Positions 24,509-32,160 of a stretch of 32,160 nt of DNA are shown piece after piece (within the stretch, counting starts at the first letter, position 1; each line of letters opens with the position of its first letter). Under the pieces are notes generated by a model, which saw only the letters and a list, made by a program, of their open reading frames with translations, was not told the origin of the DNA and ran no database searches. The position numbers and the translations under genes are program-made. This stretch comes from a virus (lineage: Duplodnaviria; Caudoviricetes). The DNA is taken from IMG/VR virus record IMGVR_UViG_3300020409_000051, positions 1 to 32,160 of that record; one strand, given 5' to 3'.

Positions 24509-24979
24509 ATGAAAAAATCACCTATGAGAGTATGCGACAGAAATAATCTAGTTGCGGAAATAATAGAGGGAGTTGAAGCTAACAATTTAAAAATTGTTAC
24601 TGAAGCAATTAACAAAAACAAAAACTATGCCTTAGCCAAAACGCAATATAAAAAAATTACTCGTTTGGTTAAAAAAAGAGCTGAACTCAACAAAAAGATA
24701 GGAGAAGAGGAACGAGGACTAACCGAACTTGTTAGAACTATAAACGATACTTTGCCTATTCAATGGGGAGCAAAAGAGTATGGAGGAGAAGCTCATTTGA
24801 GTTTTTCATCTTACGATAGCTACGACAAAGGAAATTTTTCAATAAAATCACAATTGCCCTATGCAGTAAGAGATAGAATTGAACGCAGAGTAGCAATCGA
24901 TACCATGATGAGTTATTGCCAAGACGATATATTATCAATTATAGAAAACTTAACTAAAGAGTTTTCGGGAGGGCAATAA
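24509..24979 (+). CDS. early hypothetical coiled-coil protein
   Basis: 156 aa; SD AGGAG; AT-rich upstream region. Confidence 0.75.
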   Translation: MKKSPMRVCDRNNLVAEIIEGVEANNLKIVTEAINKNKNYALAKTQYKKITRLVKKRAELNKKIGEEERGLTELVRTINDTLPIQWGAKEYGGEAHLSFSSYDSYDKGNFSIKSQLPYAVRDRIERRVAIDTMMSYCQDDILSIIENLTKEFSGGQ

Positions 24980-24980
24980 A

Positions 24981-25211
24981 ATGAGTAAAGTAGGTTGGGT
25001 TAAAAAAGAACTCGAAGAAACAGAAAACGAAGTGAACGTCTTATGCAATCGATATTTTATAAATTGCGAGCATCATTGGACTGAAGACCGAGAGTTTGTA
25101 CTAGAATTAAAAGGGTTGGTTTCAACAGAAGCTTATCCTTTTTTAGTCGATAGTGTAAACGAAAGTTGGCGAGAATTTATTGACGACCAAGCAATAGATT
25201 TTTACGCCTAA
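24981..25211 (+). CDS. acidic hypothetical protein
   Basis: 76 aa; SD GGAGG; MSKV..W-type start. Confidence 0.75.
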   Translation: MSKVGWVKKELEETENEVNVLCNRYFINCEHHWTEDREFVLELKGLVSTEAYPFLVDSVNESWREFIDDQAIDFYA

Positions 25212-25345
25212 AGAACATTTGCAAAGATAGAGGTTGTGTACAAAAAATCGGCTTGGAAGAAGTACACATAACATTATTCTTCTTGAGTATTTAGCGATAC
25301 TTGATAAAACAAGAACCTTGAACTTGCTTAACAAAGGAACTAAAC

Positions 25346-25681
25346 ATGGATTATAAAAAAGAAGAAATCAAAGAATACTTTGATAACTACATTGAAGACA
25401 ATGAGGAATGGTTGAAAGAATCTAAAGATTGGAAAGACGACCTACACCACCACGCTTTTAATGAGGACTACTACATCATAGGAACTTATCAAGCTAAACA
25501 ATGGCTAGGCGATATGGTCTTTGAAGTTATAGAACATATTAGAGAGTATGAACAATTTAATTTTGGCGAAGTTAATTCAGATTTTTCTTCGCCAGAACAC
25601 GTTGTCAATATGTACGCTTATATTATTGGCGAAGAAATTGTGCAGGAATACTTAGCAGAATTAGAAAAGGAAGAAGCATGA
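25346..25681 (+). CDS. highly acidic protein, Ocr-like DNA-mimic/antirestriction candidate
   Basis: 111 aa with about 30 Asp/Glu; DDLHHHAFNEDYYIIG..A..WL..VVNMYAYIIGEEIV; early region. Confidence 0.55.
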   Translation: MDYKKEEIKEYFDNYIEDNEEWLKESKDWKDDLHHHAFNEDYYIIGTYQAKQWLGDMVFEVIEHIREYEQFNFGEVNSDFSSPEHVVNMYAYIIGEEIVQEYLAELEKEEA

Positions 25682-25869
25682 AAGACAAACAACAAGTAAT
25701 TAAAAAAGCAGAATGGGAACAATGGCACTTGGATTGTGCTTGGGAATACATCAAAGATTATGTTTTTAAAAATGGTAAACCAACAATTTATACTCAAAAT
25801 CACAAACGACTAGATGATGCTATAGATTATATTGACAAGTTTATAACAGAGAAAACGGAGGAAAAGTGA
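25678..25869 (+). CDS. early hypothetical protein
   Basis: 63 aa; ATGA overlap. Confidence 0.7.
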   Translation: MKDKQQVIKKAEWEQWHLDCAWEYIKDYVFKNGKPTIYTQNHKRLDDAIDYIDKFITEKTEEK

Positions 25870-26075
25870 TAAAAGAAAAGAACTTAGAAGAACTTATCAG
25901 ACATCAAATAGGAATGATTGATTTGTTAAGAGTAACAGACAAACCAGAACTGATGAATACTGCTATCGATAGATTGGAGCAATTATTAAGTGCCATACCA
26001 GAAAACGCAGTTATACCTAAACCATTAGACAATTGTCCTATTTGTAACAAAGAAAAAACGGAGGAAAATATTTAA
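25866..26075 (+). CDS. early hypothetical protein with C-terminal CxxC
   Basis: 69 aa; GTGA overlap; SD GGAGG. Confidence 0.7.
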   Translation: MIKEKNLEELIRHQIGMIDLLRVTDKPELMNTAIDRLEQLLSAIPENAVIPKPLDNCPICNKEKTEENI

Positions 26076-26082
26076 TTGGTTG

Positions 26083-26406
26083 ATGTTTCGATACCAATTA
26101 ATAGGTAGCTGGTTTTATTACAATGCATCAGCTGAAGTTAGTACCACACTATATGACGCAAAGGTACCCTTAAAATCAGCTACCGACCTAACAGAGAAAA
26201 TAATTATGATTAAGATGCCCAAAGACACAGATTTTAGCTACAAGGAAAAAAGATCCAACAAGCAGTTATTTATCGACAGGTTTTATCAAGAATACTTGTC
26301 CGAGAAACATGCTTACGGAGAAACTTTTAAAACTAAAGCTACATGGCAAAAAGAAAATAAAGATTTTATCGACAAGAAATATGCAGAGGAAAACAGTGAA
26401 AGTTAA
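26083..26406 (+). CDS. early hypothetical protein
   Basis: ~107 aa open frame; start uncertain (TTG 26080 or ATG 26083). Confidence 0.6.
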   Translation: MFRYQLIGSWFYYNASAEVSTTLYDAKVPLKSATDLTEKIIMIKMPKDTDFSYKEKRSNKQLFIDRFYQEYLSEKHAYGETFKTKATWQKENKDFIDKKYAEENSES

Positions 26407-26551
26407 ATTAAATGATTATCGCATGAAGATAACCATAGTAGTTTATGACGAGGACACTTTTATCATGCAACACGACCACACAGTTTTAGCAGACGACACA
26501 GTAAGACTTATTTTCAGAGATTTAGATAAACAATACGAGGTAAAAAGATGA
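26396..26551 (+). CDS. small early hypothetical protein
   Basis: Start reassigned to GTG 26396 behind GAGGA (ATG 26381 is also in frame); ATGA overlap with the next gene. Confidence 0.55.
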   Translation: MKVKLNDYRMKITIVVYDEDTFIMQHDHTVLADDTVRLIFRDLDKQYEVKR

Positions 26552-26748
26552 AAAAATACCAAGAACTTAGAGTTGATATAACCACAGATTTTACAATTTG
26601 GGCAATAGATTGCTCAATAGAAGAAGCAAAAGAAATGGCTATTAGAGATTTAAAAGAAAACATAGAAGATTGGCTAGTTATGGATATTTATGACGAAAAC
26701 ACTGATAAATATATAGAGGAAGGAAAACATAGAAGGGAGGAAGTATGA
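26548..26748 (+). CDS. acidic early hypothetical protein
   Basis: 66 aa; SD GAGG; ..SIEEAKEMA.. motif common in small phage proteins. Confidence 0.75.
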   Translation: MKKYQELRVDITTDFTIWAIDCSIEEAKEMAIRDLKENIEDWLVMDIYDENTDKYIEEGKHRREEV

Positions 26749-26942
26749 GTATTGAAGAAATGAAAGCAAAATTAGTTGAAAGCAATATGAAGTATGTTCA
26801 TGATATGGTTATGCAAGATAGATACGAAGAATTGTATGATTATGTTGAAACACATTACTTTTCTGATTTTAAAGATATAGATGATAAAGAGATTATCGAA
26901 CAATATGGTTGGTTGACTGAGCATTCAGAGGAGGAAGCATGA
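26745..26942 (+). CDS. acidic early hypothetical protein
   Basis: 65 aa; cassette junctions at both ends. Confidence 0.75.
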   Translation: MSIEEMKAKLVESNMKYVHDMVMQDRYEELYDYVETHYFSDFKDIDDKEIIEQYGWLTEHSEEEA

Positions 26943-27091
26943 GTAAAACTTACATTATCGCTATTGATGGAATATGTATCGGAGAAGATGAAATTGATAA
27001 CACCACGATACATATTTGTAGAAATGGAACGTGGAGTGAAATACCTTTTGATGTAGATGACATAACCGCTATTGAAGAGGAGGAAGCATGA
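26939..27091 (+). CDS. 50-aa acidic hypothetical protein
   Basis: Manual: MSKTYIIAIDGICIGEDEIDNTTIHICRNGTWSEIPFDVDDITAIEEEEA*; flanked by identical GAGGAGGAAGCATGA junctions. Confidence 0.75.
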   Translation: MSKTYIIAIDGICIGEDEIDNTTIHICRNGTWSEIPFDVDDITAIEEEEA

Positions 27092-27288
27092 AATATACAG
27101 TTAAATTTGGTATGGCAAGAGCTTATTACACACCTGAATTACATGAAAATACTAGGTCAAAAACTTTTACTAATAGAAAAGAAGCAGAGAGTTATTGGGA
27201 TAGATTAGATAAATTTACTTTTAAAGATTCTGTTTTTTCTGAGTTTTATTTAATAGCTTGGAAGGATTGGATTGAGGAGGAAGCATGA
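27088..27288 (+). CDS. early hypothetical protein
   Basis: 66 aa; F..RKEAE.Y motif; cassette junctions. Confidence 0.75.
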   Translation: MKYTVKFGMARAYYTPELHENTRSKTFTNRKEAESYWDRLDKFTFKDSVFSEFYLIAWKDWIEEEA

Positions 27289-27662
27289 AAACCAACATAT
27301 CAATTGAGCTTTCAGATGAGGAAAGATTAAATTTAGGTAAAAAGTATTACAAGAAAAAGAAAATGATTACTCGTTACGATTTAAACGAGTTAGTAAAGAA
27401 ATATATCTATGATGTTTTGGAAGCTACCCCACCAACGGCACAAGAACAGAAACAAGACCCTTTACTAGCTAGAGAATGGTCAAGTTTATCTCAGCTCAAA
27501 GATTATTTACTTCGTGAAGGAAAGACAATCATTACTCACTTTGATGGCTTTCAAATAGTGGTAAAAGACAAAGACGGCTATCACTATTCTTATATCCTAG
27601 ACCCCACAGGTTTGCACAAACTTAAAACCAAAGACGCAAGACCGAAGAATTACGACAGATAA
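27285..27662 (+). CDS. early hypothetical protein
   Basis: 125 aa; MKTNISIELSDEER N-terminus (ribbon-helix-like, weak). Confidence 0.72.
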   Translation: MKTNISIELSDEERLNLGKKYYKKKKMITRYDLNELVKKYIYDVLEATPPTAQEQKQDPLLAREWSSLSQLKDYLLREGKTIITHFDGFQIVVKDKDGYHYSYILDPTGLHKLKTKDARPKNYDR

Positions 27663-27740
27663 ATGCCTATTTATCCTGATGCTGTTTTTCTTATGTGTTG
27701 TTTTCTGGCTATAACTATCTGGTCTGCCTACAAAAAATAA
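27663..27740 (+). CDS. putative 25-aa membrane peptide
   Basis: Manual: MPIYPDAVFLMCCFLAITIWSAYKK*; abuts the previous stop and the convergent TerS stop. Confidence 0.45.
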   Translation: MPIYPDAVFLMCCFLAITIWSAYKK

Positions 27741-28265
27741 TTAAGAATCTAATTTATTATCTTGCGTGATGATGGTTGCTTCATCTACGCCTTCATCTAG
27801 TAGTGGTTTGTAATCACCTACCAGCGTTTTAATTTTAGTTTTTAAATCTTCAATGGACAAGCTTTCCAGGGATCCCGTACGGATCTCCTTGCGTTCAATA
27901 TACAAGCCAGCCGCACGCCCTCGCTGTACTTCGGCCGCCACAGCAGAGGTAAAGTTACCTTTTTCTATTGCTAAGTCTCTTATCTCAGCAAGTTTTCTTA
28001 TGTGTCTGCCGTAAGTAACTTGATATTTACTGGCTAATTGATTTTGCAAGTGTTCAATATACTTAACGACTTTAGGGTACATTCTTGGGTTGGTTAGTTC
28101 GGAAGCTCTAACAGAAGCAGACTCTTTGGCATATCCGGCAGAAATCGCACACTCTTCTTTAGTTTTACTGCCGTCGTTGTAAACGTATTCTTCAGCAAAG
28201 CGTTTGGCTTTTTCAGTAATATTAAAAGCGTTGCTAACTAAGTCTTGATCTTTTATTTTTGCCAT
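27741..28265 (-). CDS. terS: terminase small subunit
   Basis: ITEKAKRFAEEYVYNDG..CAISAGY..A.VRASEL..P.V..YI, LAEIRD.A..AV.AEV.RGRAAGLY; start reassigned to ATG 28265. Confidence 0.82.
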   Translation of the reverse strand: MAKIKDQDLVSNAFNITEKAKRFAEEYVYNDGSKTKEECAISAGYAKESASVRASELTNPRMYPKVVKYIEHLQNQLASKYQVTYGRHIRKLAEIRDLAIEKGNFTSAVAAEVQRGRAAGLYIERKEIRTGSLESLSIEDLKTKIKTLVGDYKPLLDEGVDEATIITQDNKLDS

Positions 28266-28282
28266 CGAGATAATTAAACAGG

Positions 28283-28328
28283 AAAAAAGCTTAGGGAACA
28301 AGGGGAGAAGTGTCGTTGTCCCCTAAGC
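28283..28328 (-). terminator. intrinsic terminator-like hairpin upstream of terS
   Basis: Minus: GCTTAGGGGACAA-14 nt loop-TTGTTCCCTAAGC-TTTTTT (13 bp, one G-U). Confidence 0.65.
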
Positions 28329-28370
28329 GAAGGAGAAAGTAATGAATATAATATCATAGCACTAATTTTC

Positions 28371-28619
28371 ACATAATGTACATAATGTGGACCTAATGTG
28401 GTAGAAATTAGGTCGAAACCCTTATAGGACCTACTTTACAGCTTTACCTAACGTCATAATGTCGATTTATTGTTAAATTTTGATAGTCAGTTCCAGAAAA
28501 AGTCAGAGAAATAGAAATTCACATTAGGTGTAATTATAAAAGTACCCTCTATAGGAAAGGCTTTTTAGCCCGTTTTTACCTAATTTCTACCTAATTTATA
28601 CGTTTTTTCCACATTATGT
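28371..28619. repeat. array of AC(A/C)TAATGT-type 9-mers in inverted arrangement; candidate replication origin
   Basis: Forward copies at 28371, 28380, 28391, 28446 (ACCTAACGT), 28455 (CATAATGT); reverse copies at 28521, 28611; 13-bp inverted pair 28401-28413/28578-28590. Confidence 0.7.
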
Positions 28620-28851
28620 CCTTGGTCCCTTGTCCTTCGTCTTTTTCCACGTGATACATGAGCTTTCTTAAGAACCAATCGGCTTTCTGTAAGTCTTCCA
28701 GGCCATTTTTCTGTTCATAGCGCCACAAATATTTAATGATACTTGCCTTCAAGTACCCTTTAAATTCTTCGGGGGATAAACTACTTTCGATTGCTTCAAT
28801 ACACTCAACTAGACCAGTTTTATAGTGTGGGGGATTAATTTTATCGGTCAT
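28591..28851 (-). CDS. DUF3310 family protein
   Basis: D.INPPHY..ECIEAI..YL..IIKYLWRY..KNG.EDL.KA.W.L. Confidence 0.85.
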   Translation of the reverse strand: MTDKINPPHYKTGLVECIEAIESSLSPEEFKGYLKASIIKYLWRYEQKNGLEDLQKADWFLRKLMYHVEKDEGQGTKDIMWKKRIN

Positions 28852-29081
28852 TATCTAACTATTTCTATATCTGCCTGTGTTTCAATAACCACTCGAGCGC
28901 CACAAGAAAGAATTGGTTTACCTGCTTCACCATAACGCACTACCGAATCACCTTTAATCTTTACGGCATGACAATAAGTGTTGGTTTTACCTTCTTTAAT
29001 TGTAATAACAGGCTCATTACTAGCGTTTTTTAGGTTGGCTTTTATCTTATGTTGATTAACGTGAATGTATTTTTTGGTCAT
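28851..29081 (-). CDS. conserved hypothetical phage protein
   Basis: Likely start ATG 29081: MTKKYIHVNQHKIKAN..PVITIK.G..N.Y..LSCGARV.IET. Confidence 0.72.
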   Translation of the reverse strand: MTKKYIHVNQHKIKANLKNASNEPVITIKEGKTNTYCHAVKIKGDSVVRYGEAGKPILSCGARVVIETQADIEIVR

Positions 29082-29142
29082 TTTTAGCGCAGTGTTCTCC
29101 TTCCTGTCTACTCCAGGCTTTAAAATTAGCCAGTCTGTAACG

Positions 29143-29367
29143 TTATTCTTTACGCAAGTGTCGGATCTCAAAGCCTTCAAAAGCGTTGCGTAAATTAATT
29201 AATTTACGTTCGGTCTCCGGCAAGGCGTTCCAATATGCCGACATAGTTTCACGTTCATAACGTCCACAGCCTTTGCATCTATCGTCGCCCCATTGAGCGA
29301 CTGAGCATCTGCCAATACAAGGGCTATCCGCCAGACTAGACACTTTTCCATCGAGACGTAGTGCCAT
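29143..29367 (-). CDS. DUF1289-like Cys-rich small protein
   Basis: SPCIGRCS..CKGCGR..E..W..ER; start reassigned to ATG 29367. Confidence 0.75.
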   Translation of the reverse strand: MALRLDGKVSSLADSPCIGRCSVAQWGDDRCKGCGRYERETMSAYWNALPETERKLINLRNAFEGFEIRHLRKE

Positions 29368-29389
29368 AATATGGCAAGTATTACAAGTT

Positions 29390-29539
29390 TTATCTGCCTT
29401 GTCCACGATATTTTTTAAAAGATCGCCTCTTGTGTTTGTTCATCTTGGAAAAACCAATGTTTCTTTTTGTACTTTGTGACGTACATTTGGCCTTGTGTTT
29501 ATTGGGATCGATTACCTGAACTTGTTTGATACGTGCCAT
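29390..29539 (-). CDS. 49-aa basic protein ending KKYRGQGR
   Basis: Manual: MARIKQVQVIDPNKHKAKCTSQSTKRNIGFSKMNKHKRRSFKKYRGQGR*; TAATG coupling; the C-terminal motif recurs in marine phages. Confidence 0.8.
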   Translation of the reverse strand: MARIKQVQVIDPNKHKAKCTSQSTKRNIGFSKMNKHKRRSFKKYRGQGR

Positions 29540-29736
29540 TACAAGTTCTTTTTAAGCTTTTCTATGATCTCTTGAGTGATTAACTTGGATTGCGTGTCTA
29601 ACTCCAAACGTTCTTTGGCCCTGAGCATTTCACCTAGCTCGACCTGGGGATTGTCCAAACAGTATTGGACCACATCAAAGCTACGCATCTTAATCAGAAT
29701 ACTACGCAATTGTTTTATGGTTTCTGGTTTTTTCAT
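29539..29736 (-). CDS. 65-aa hypothetical protein
   Basis: Start reassigned to ATG 29736 (MKKPETIKQL...) to avoid overlap with the large gene; TATAAT 7 nt upstream. Confidence 0.6.
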   Translation of the reverse strand: MKKPETIKQLRSILIKMRSFDVVQYCLDNPQVELGEMLRAKERLELDTQSKLITQEIIEKLKKNL

Positions 29737-29752
29737 AGCAACCATTATAACT

Positions 29753-32160
29753 CTATTTATAGCTTCGACCATAATCGCCGTAATCGACTTTGTATAACGC
29801 GGGCGGGGCTTTGACCACACCACCTTTTTTATAGCCTGTAAACCCTTTAAAATCACCCTTAGCAATAAGCTCACGCAACGGCTCTAAATCAATTGTTGCC
29901 ATTGCAGAAGGTATATTAGTAATCATTTCAGGAACAGAACTAGGTTTAGTAATAGACAAATCCAACACTGGCAAATCATACTGCGCAGCGATGTCGCGCA
30001 ACTCTTGAGTAGCTATATCATACGTGCCACCTGCAGTAGTTTGCGAACCAGTATTAAAATCTCGTTGCGTCTGATCGTTCGGCACTGCTACATAGCGGTC
30101 GCCCTTCTTCAAAGCATCAATGATGGTACTAAGCACACCCTTACGCACATAAGATTCAGTAAAAGGCTGATTAATTACTGGCGTCATGCCTCCTTTATAT
30201 TGTTGGTAGCCCTTCGGCGGTTCTCTTTTAAGCGCTGGATCTTGTAACGCCTCTTCAATGTTCTCTAACTTTGGAAAAAGTTTCGCAACTTGCGGGCGAT
30301 CTTTAACTAACCTTTGTGCCTCGTCTTTGTATGCTTCAGCAATCTTCTTTTTAGTTTGTAATTTATTATGCGTACGTGTCGCTAACTGTTCATTTAGTTG
30401 GTCCATCGTCCCAAGTTGTGCTTGCAACTCACGTGGCACGACAAAATCAAAAGCCGTGCTAAAGTTTTCTAATTTTGACATTCGCGATTGTACTCCTGGA
30501 TCAGCTAAAAAAGCCTCTACTTCTGCTTCGGTTTTAATCCCACTAATGTCCACATCACGTCCCATTTGCGTAGCTAACTCTTTAATTCTAGCCCCCGCCG
30601 AACCTTTTTGATTATTGTCTTTGTTGACTTCCTGAGCAATAAACCTTATGTGATCGGCAAAATTTTCTTTTTCAATATCATGCAACATTTCTTCTTTTAG
30701 TGTTACTTCTTCACCTGTAAATTGAGTGCCAGGAATTAGCATGCCGCCTAAATACGAAGGAATATTTGGGCGTCTCGTTGCTGTTGGGCCTAAAGTAGTG
30801 TGCGGTGCTGTAGGGTCTTTGCTAAAACGTGCTTGTAGAACATCTACCACTAGCGTCACATTTTTCGGTGGCAGGTAATCTCGGTTCGAAACAACTTTTC
30901 TTAAGACTTCCAACTCTTCTCCTGCCCTAAATAGTTGCGAATCTAAGTCTTGATAATCTGGTAAATTTTCTCCTTCATCTATCTTGTATTCTTTTCTATC
31001 TAATTTGTCTTCTAATTTAGCTACTTTTTTCTCTGCATTTATAAGACTTTGTCTAACCGAACCATCATAAAAACGTTTTGGTAGCTCGGTATCATGCGCC
31101 AAAATAGCAAAATTAATCATAGGATTATATTCACCTTTAATTCTTTTACTCGCATCTGTGTAACCTCCAGCGGAATCTTGTCTAATACCTTTTAAGTCTT
31201 CGTATTCACCATATAGACCATCATCTTCGCCCCTTAGCTCAGGTGGGTATAAGTCTTTTACCCTAACTAGATTACTGTAACGATTAGTAATTAAACTTAA
31301 CTTCTCTGTTTTGTCTTTATATTCTTCGTAACGTGGTGTTTGTTTATCTATGAAACGTTTAGTAAAAGCACTTTCTTCAGGGTCCCTTGTTTGTTGTACA
31401 TAGTCATTTTGTATCTCATGAATAATTCTTACGTTAGGCACGCTTTGACCAGCTTCGTTGTATAAAGTGCCGCTTGCCCCACGCACCCAAAATAAAGGTG
31501 CACCATATTTACTACGAAAGTGACTTATTGAATTAGCGTAAGTGGAATTAGCAATGTCACTGAGTATGTCCTCTTGTTCAAATCGATCAGCCATTACTCC
31601 TGCGTCTTCTATACTTTTTTGAACACCTTTTATTTTTTCTTCTTGTTTAGGGTTTAGTCTAGGTAAGTAAGTGTGGTTTAATTCAAAATCTTTGCTTTTA
31701 GCGTCGTGGTTTAAACCTATGCCACTATACGCTCTAGGCACAGACTCGACTACTATGCCAGCCATGTAGCCTTCCATAAAGCTATCTATTTCAGACACAG
31801 AAATTTTTTCTTCGCCTTTTAATTTTAAAAATTTATCCAACTCAGAGTCTTCCATTTCTTGTTGAGCTAATTTATCTTCTTTAGCATTACCAGTAGTAAG
31901 CTCGTTGTAGTAATTGATAGCTTTGTCTTCTGCGGGCATATTTTTAATAGCTTTACGCACTACACTAACACTAGCAAAGTTAGGATCAATTTGTAGATCC
32001 GCCAGTAAATCACCTCCGCCTAAAGTTTCTATGTTGTCTTCTAAACGTAGAGCTTCTTCGTCATCTAATAAAACAGATGGTGTATCGCGTGGAGTGTAAT
32101 TTAATTTTCTATAATCTGGGTTTAAAAATCTTTTGTCAGCTTTGACAAACTTTAACTCAC
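29753..32160 (-). CDS. large internal virion/ejection-type protein, C-terminal part (5' end outside the window)
   Basis: Frame is open from 32158 to 29753 (checked manually, ~800 aa); SHF..LFWVR..IIHEIQND, A.KKG.RYVAVP..YD and terminal YKKGGVV motifs typical of large polyvalent/internal virion proteins. Confidence 0.7.
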   Translation of the reverse strand, partial: ELKFVKADKRFLNPDYRKLNYTPRDTPSVLLDDEEALRLEDNIETLGGGDLLADLQIDPNFASVSVVRKAIKNMPAEDKAINYYNELTTGNAKEDKLAQQEMEDSELDKFLKLKGEEKISVSEIDSFMEGYMAGIVVESVPRAYSGIGLNHDAKSKDFELNHTYLPRLNPKQEEKIKGVQKSIEDAGVMADRFEQEDILSDIANSTYANSISHFRSKYGAPLFWVRGASGTLYNEAGQSVPNVRIIHEIQNDYVQQTRDPEESAFTKRFIDKQTPRYEEYKDKTEKLSLITNRYSNLVRVKDLYPPELRGEDDGLYGEYEDLKGIRQDSAGGYTDASKRIKGEYNPMINFAILAHDTELPKRFYDGSVRQSLINAEKKVAKLEDKLDRKEYKIDEGENLPDYQDLDSQLFRAGEELEVLRKVVSNRDYLPPKNVTLVVDVLQARFSKDPTAPHTTLGPTATRRPNIPSYLGGMLIPGTQFTGEEVTLKEEMLHDIEKENFADHIRFIAQEVNKDNNQKGSAGARIKELATQMGRDVDISGIKTEAEVEAFLADPGVQSRMSKLENFSTAFDFVVPRELQAQLGTMDQLNEQLATRTHNKLQTKKKIAEAYKDEAQRLVKDRPQVAKLFPKLENIEEALQDPALKREPPKGYQQYKGGMTPVINQPFTESYVRKGVLSTIIDALKKGDRYVAVPNDQTQRDFNTGSQTTAGGTYDIATQELRDIAAQYDLPVLDLSITKPSSVPEMITNIPSAMATIDLEPLRELIAKGDFKGFTGYKKGGVVKAPPALYKVDYGDYGRSYK

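Noticed and set aside
26060-26082. A second possible ATA start for the 26083 gene
   Set aside because: Only 3 nt separate the SD from the ATA, and canonical TTG/ATG starts lie a few codons downstream, so support is insufficient.
31914-31960. GTG 31960 as the start of the large protein
   Set aside because: The frame stays open to the window edge, so the real start is probably outside.
1-32160. tRNA, rRNA, integrase/att sites, endolysin, alternative genetic code
   Set aside because: No recognisable signatures by eye. Genes are intact under the standard code and use all three stop codons.

Overview
A 32 kb piece of an AT-rich tailed dsDNA phage genome with podovirus-like architecture. The gene set resembles uncultured marine phages of the pelagiphage/uvMED type, which is an inference; the host cannot be read from the sequence. 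Positions 1-22008 (minus strand) are the late module. In transcription order it holds an HNH-like nuclease, TerL, a P22-like portal, a GroES-like co-chaperonin, scaffold, decoration protein, major capsid protein (Mu gpT-like), neck/adaptor proteins, a glycosyltransferase-like gene, tail fibres (one with an S74 chaperone, one with a gp10-C-like end), a block of signal-peptide and membrane proteins (one with a NIDO-like domain) and the start of a tail gene. Positions 22009-24500 are a strand-switch control region with a ~200-nt hairpin, a perfect 40-bp palindrome, a third covarying copy of the same element, promoters, terminators and a candidate anti-RBS RNA. Positions 22501-27740 (mostly plus strand) are small early genes, including an Ocr-like acidic protein and a cassette array with near-identical junctions. 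Positions 27741-32160 (minus strand) carry TerS, a candidate sRNA, an inverted iteron array (possible origin), small conserved genes and the 3' part of a large internal virion protein. No DNA polymerase, primase, helicase, integrase, tRNA, rRNA or CRISPR array is visible. Top leads: the three-member palindromic CAGATACAA...GCGAG element family, the exported cysteine-rich/NIDO module, the pseudoknotted RNA downstream of the capsid gene, and the anti-RBS RNAs.
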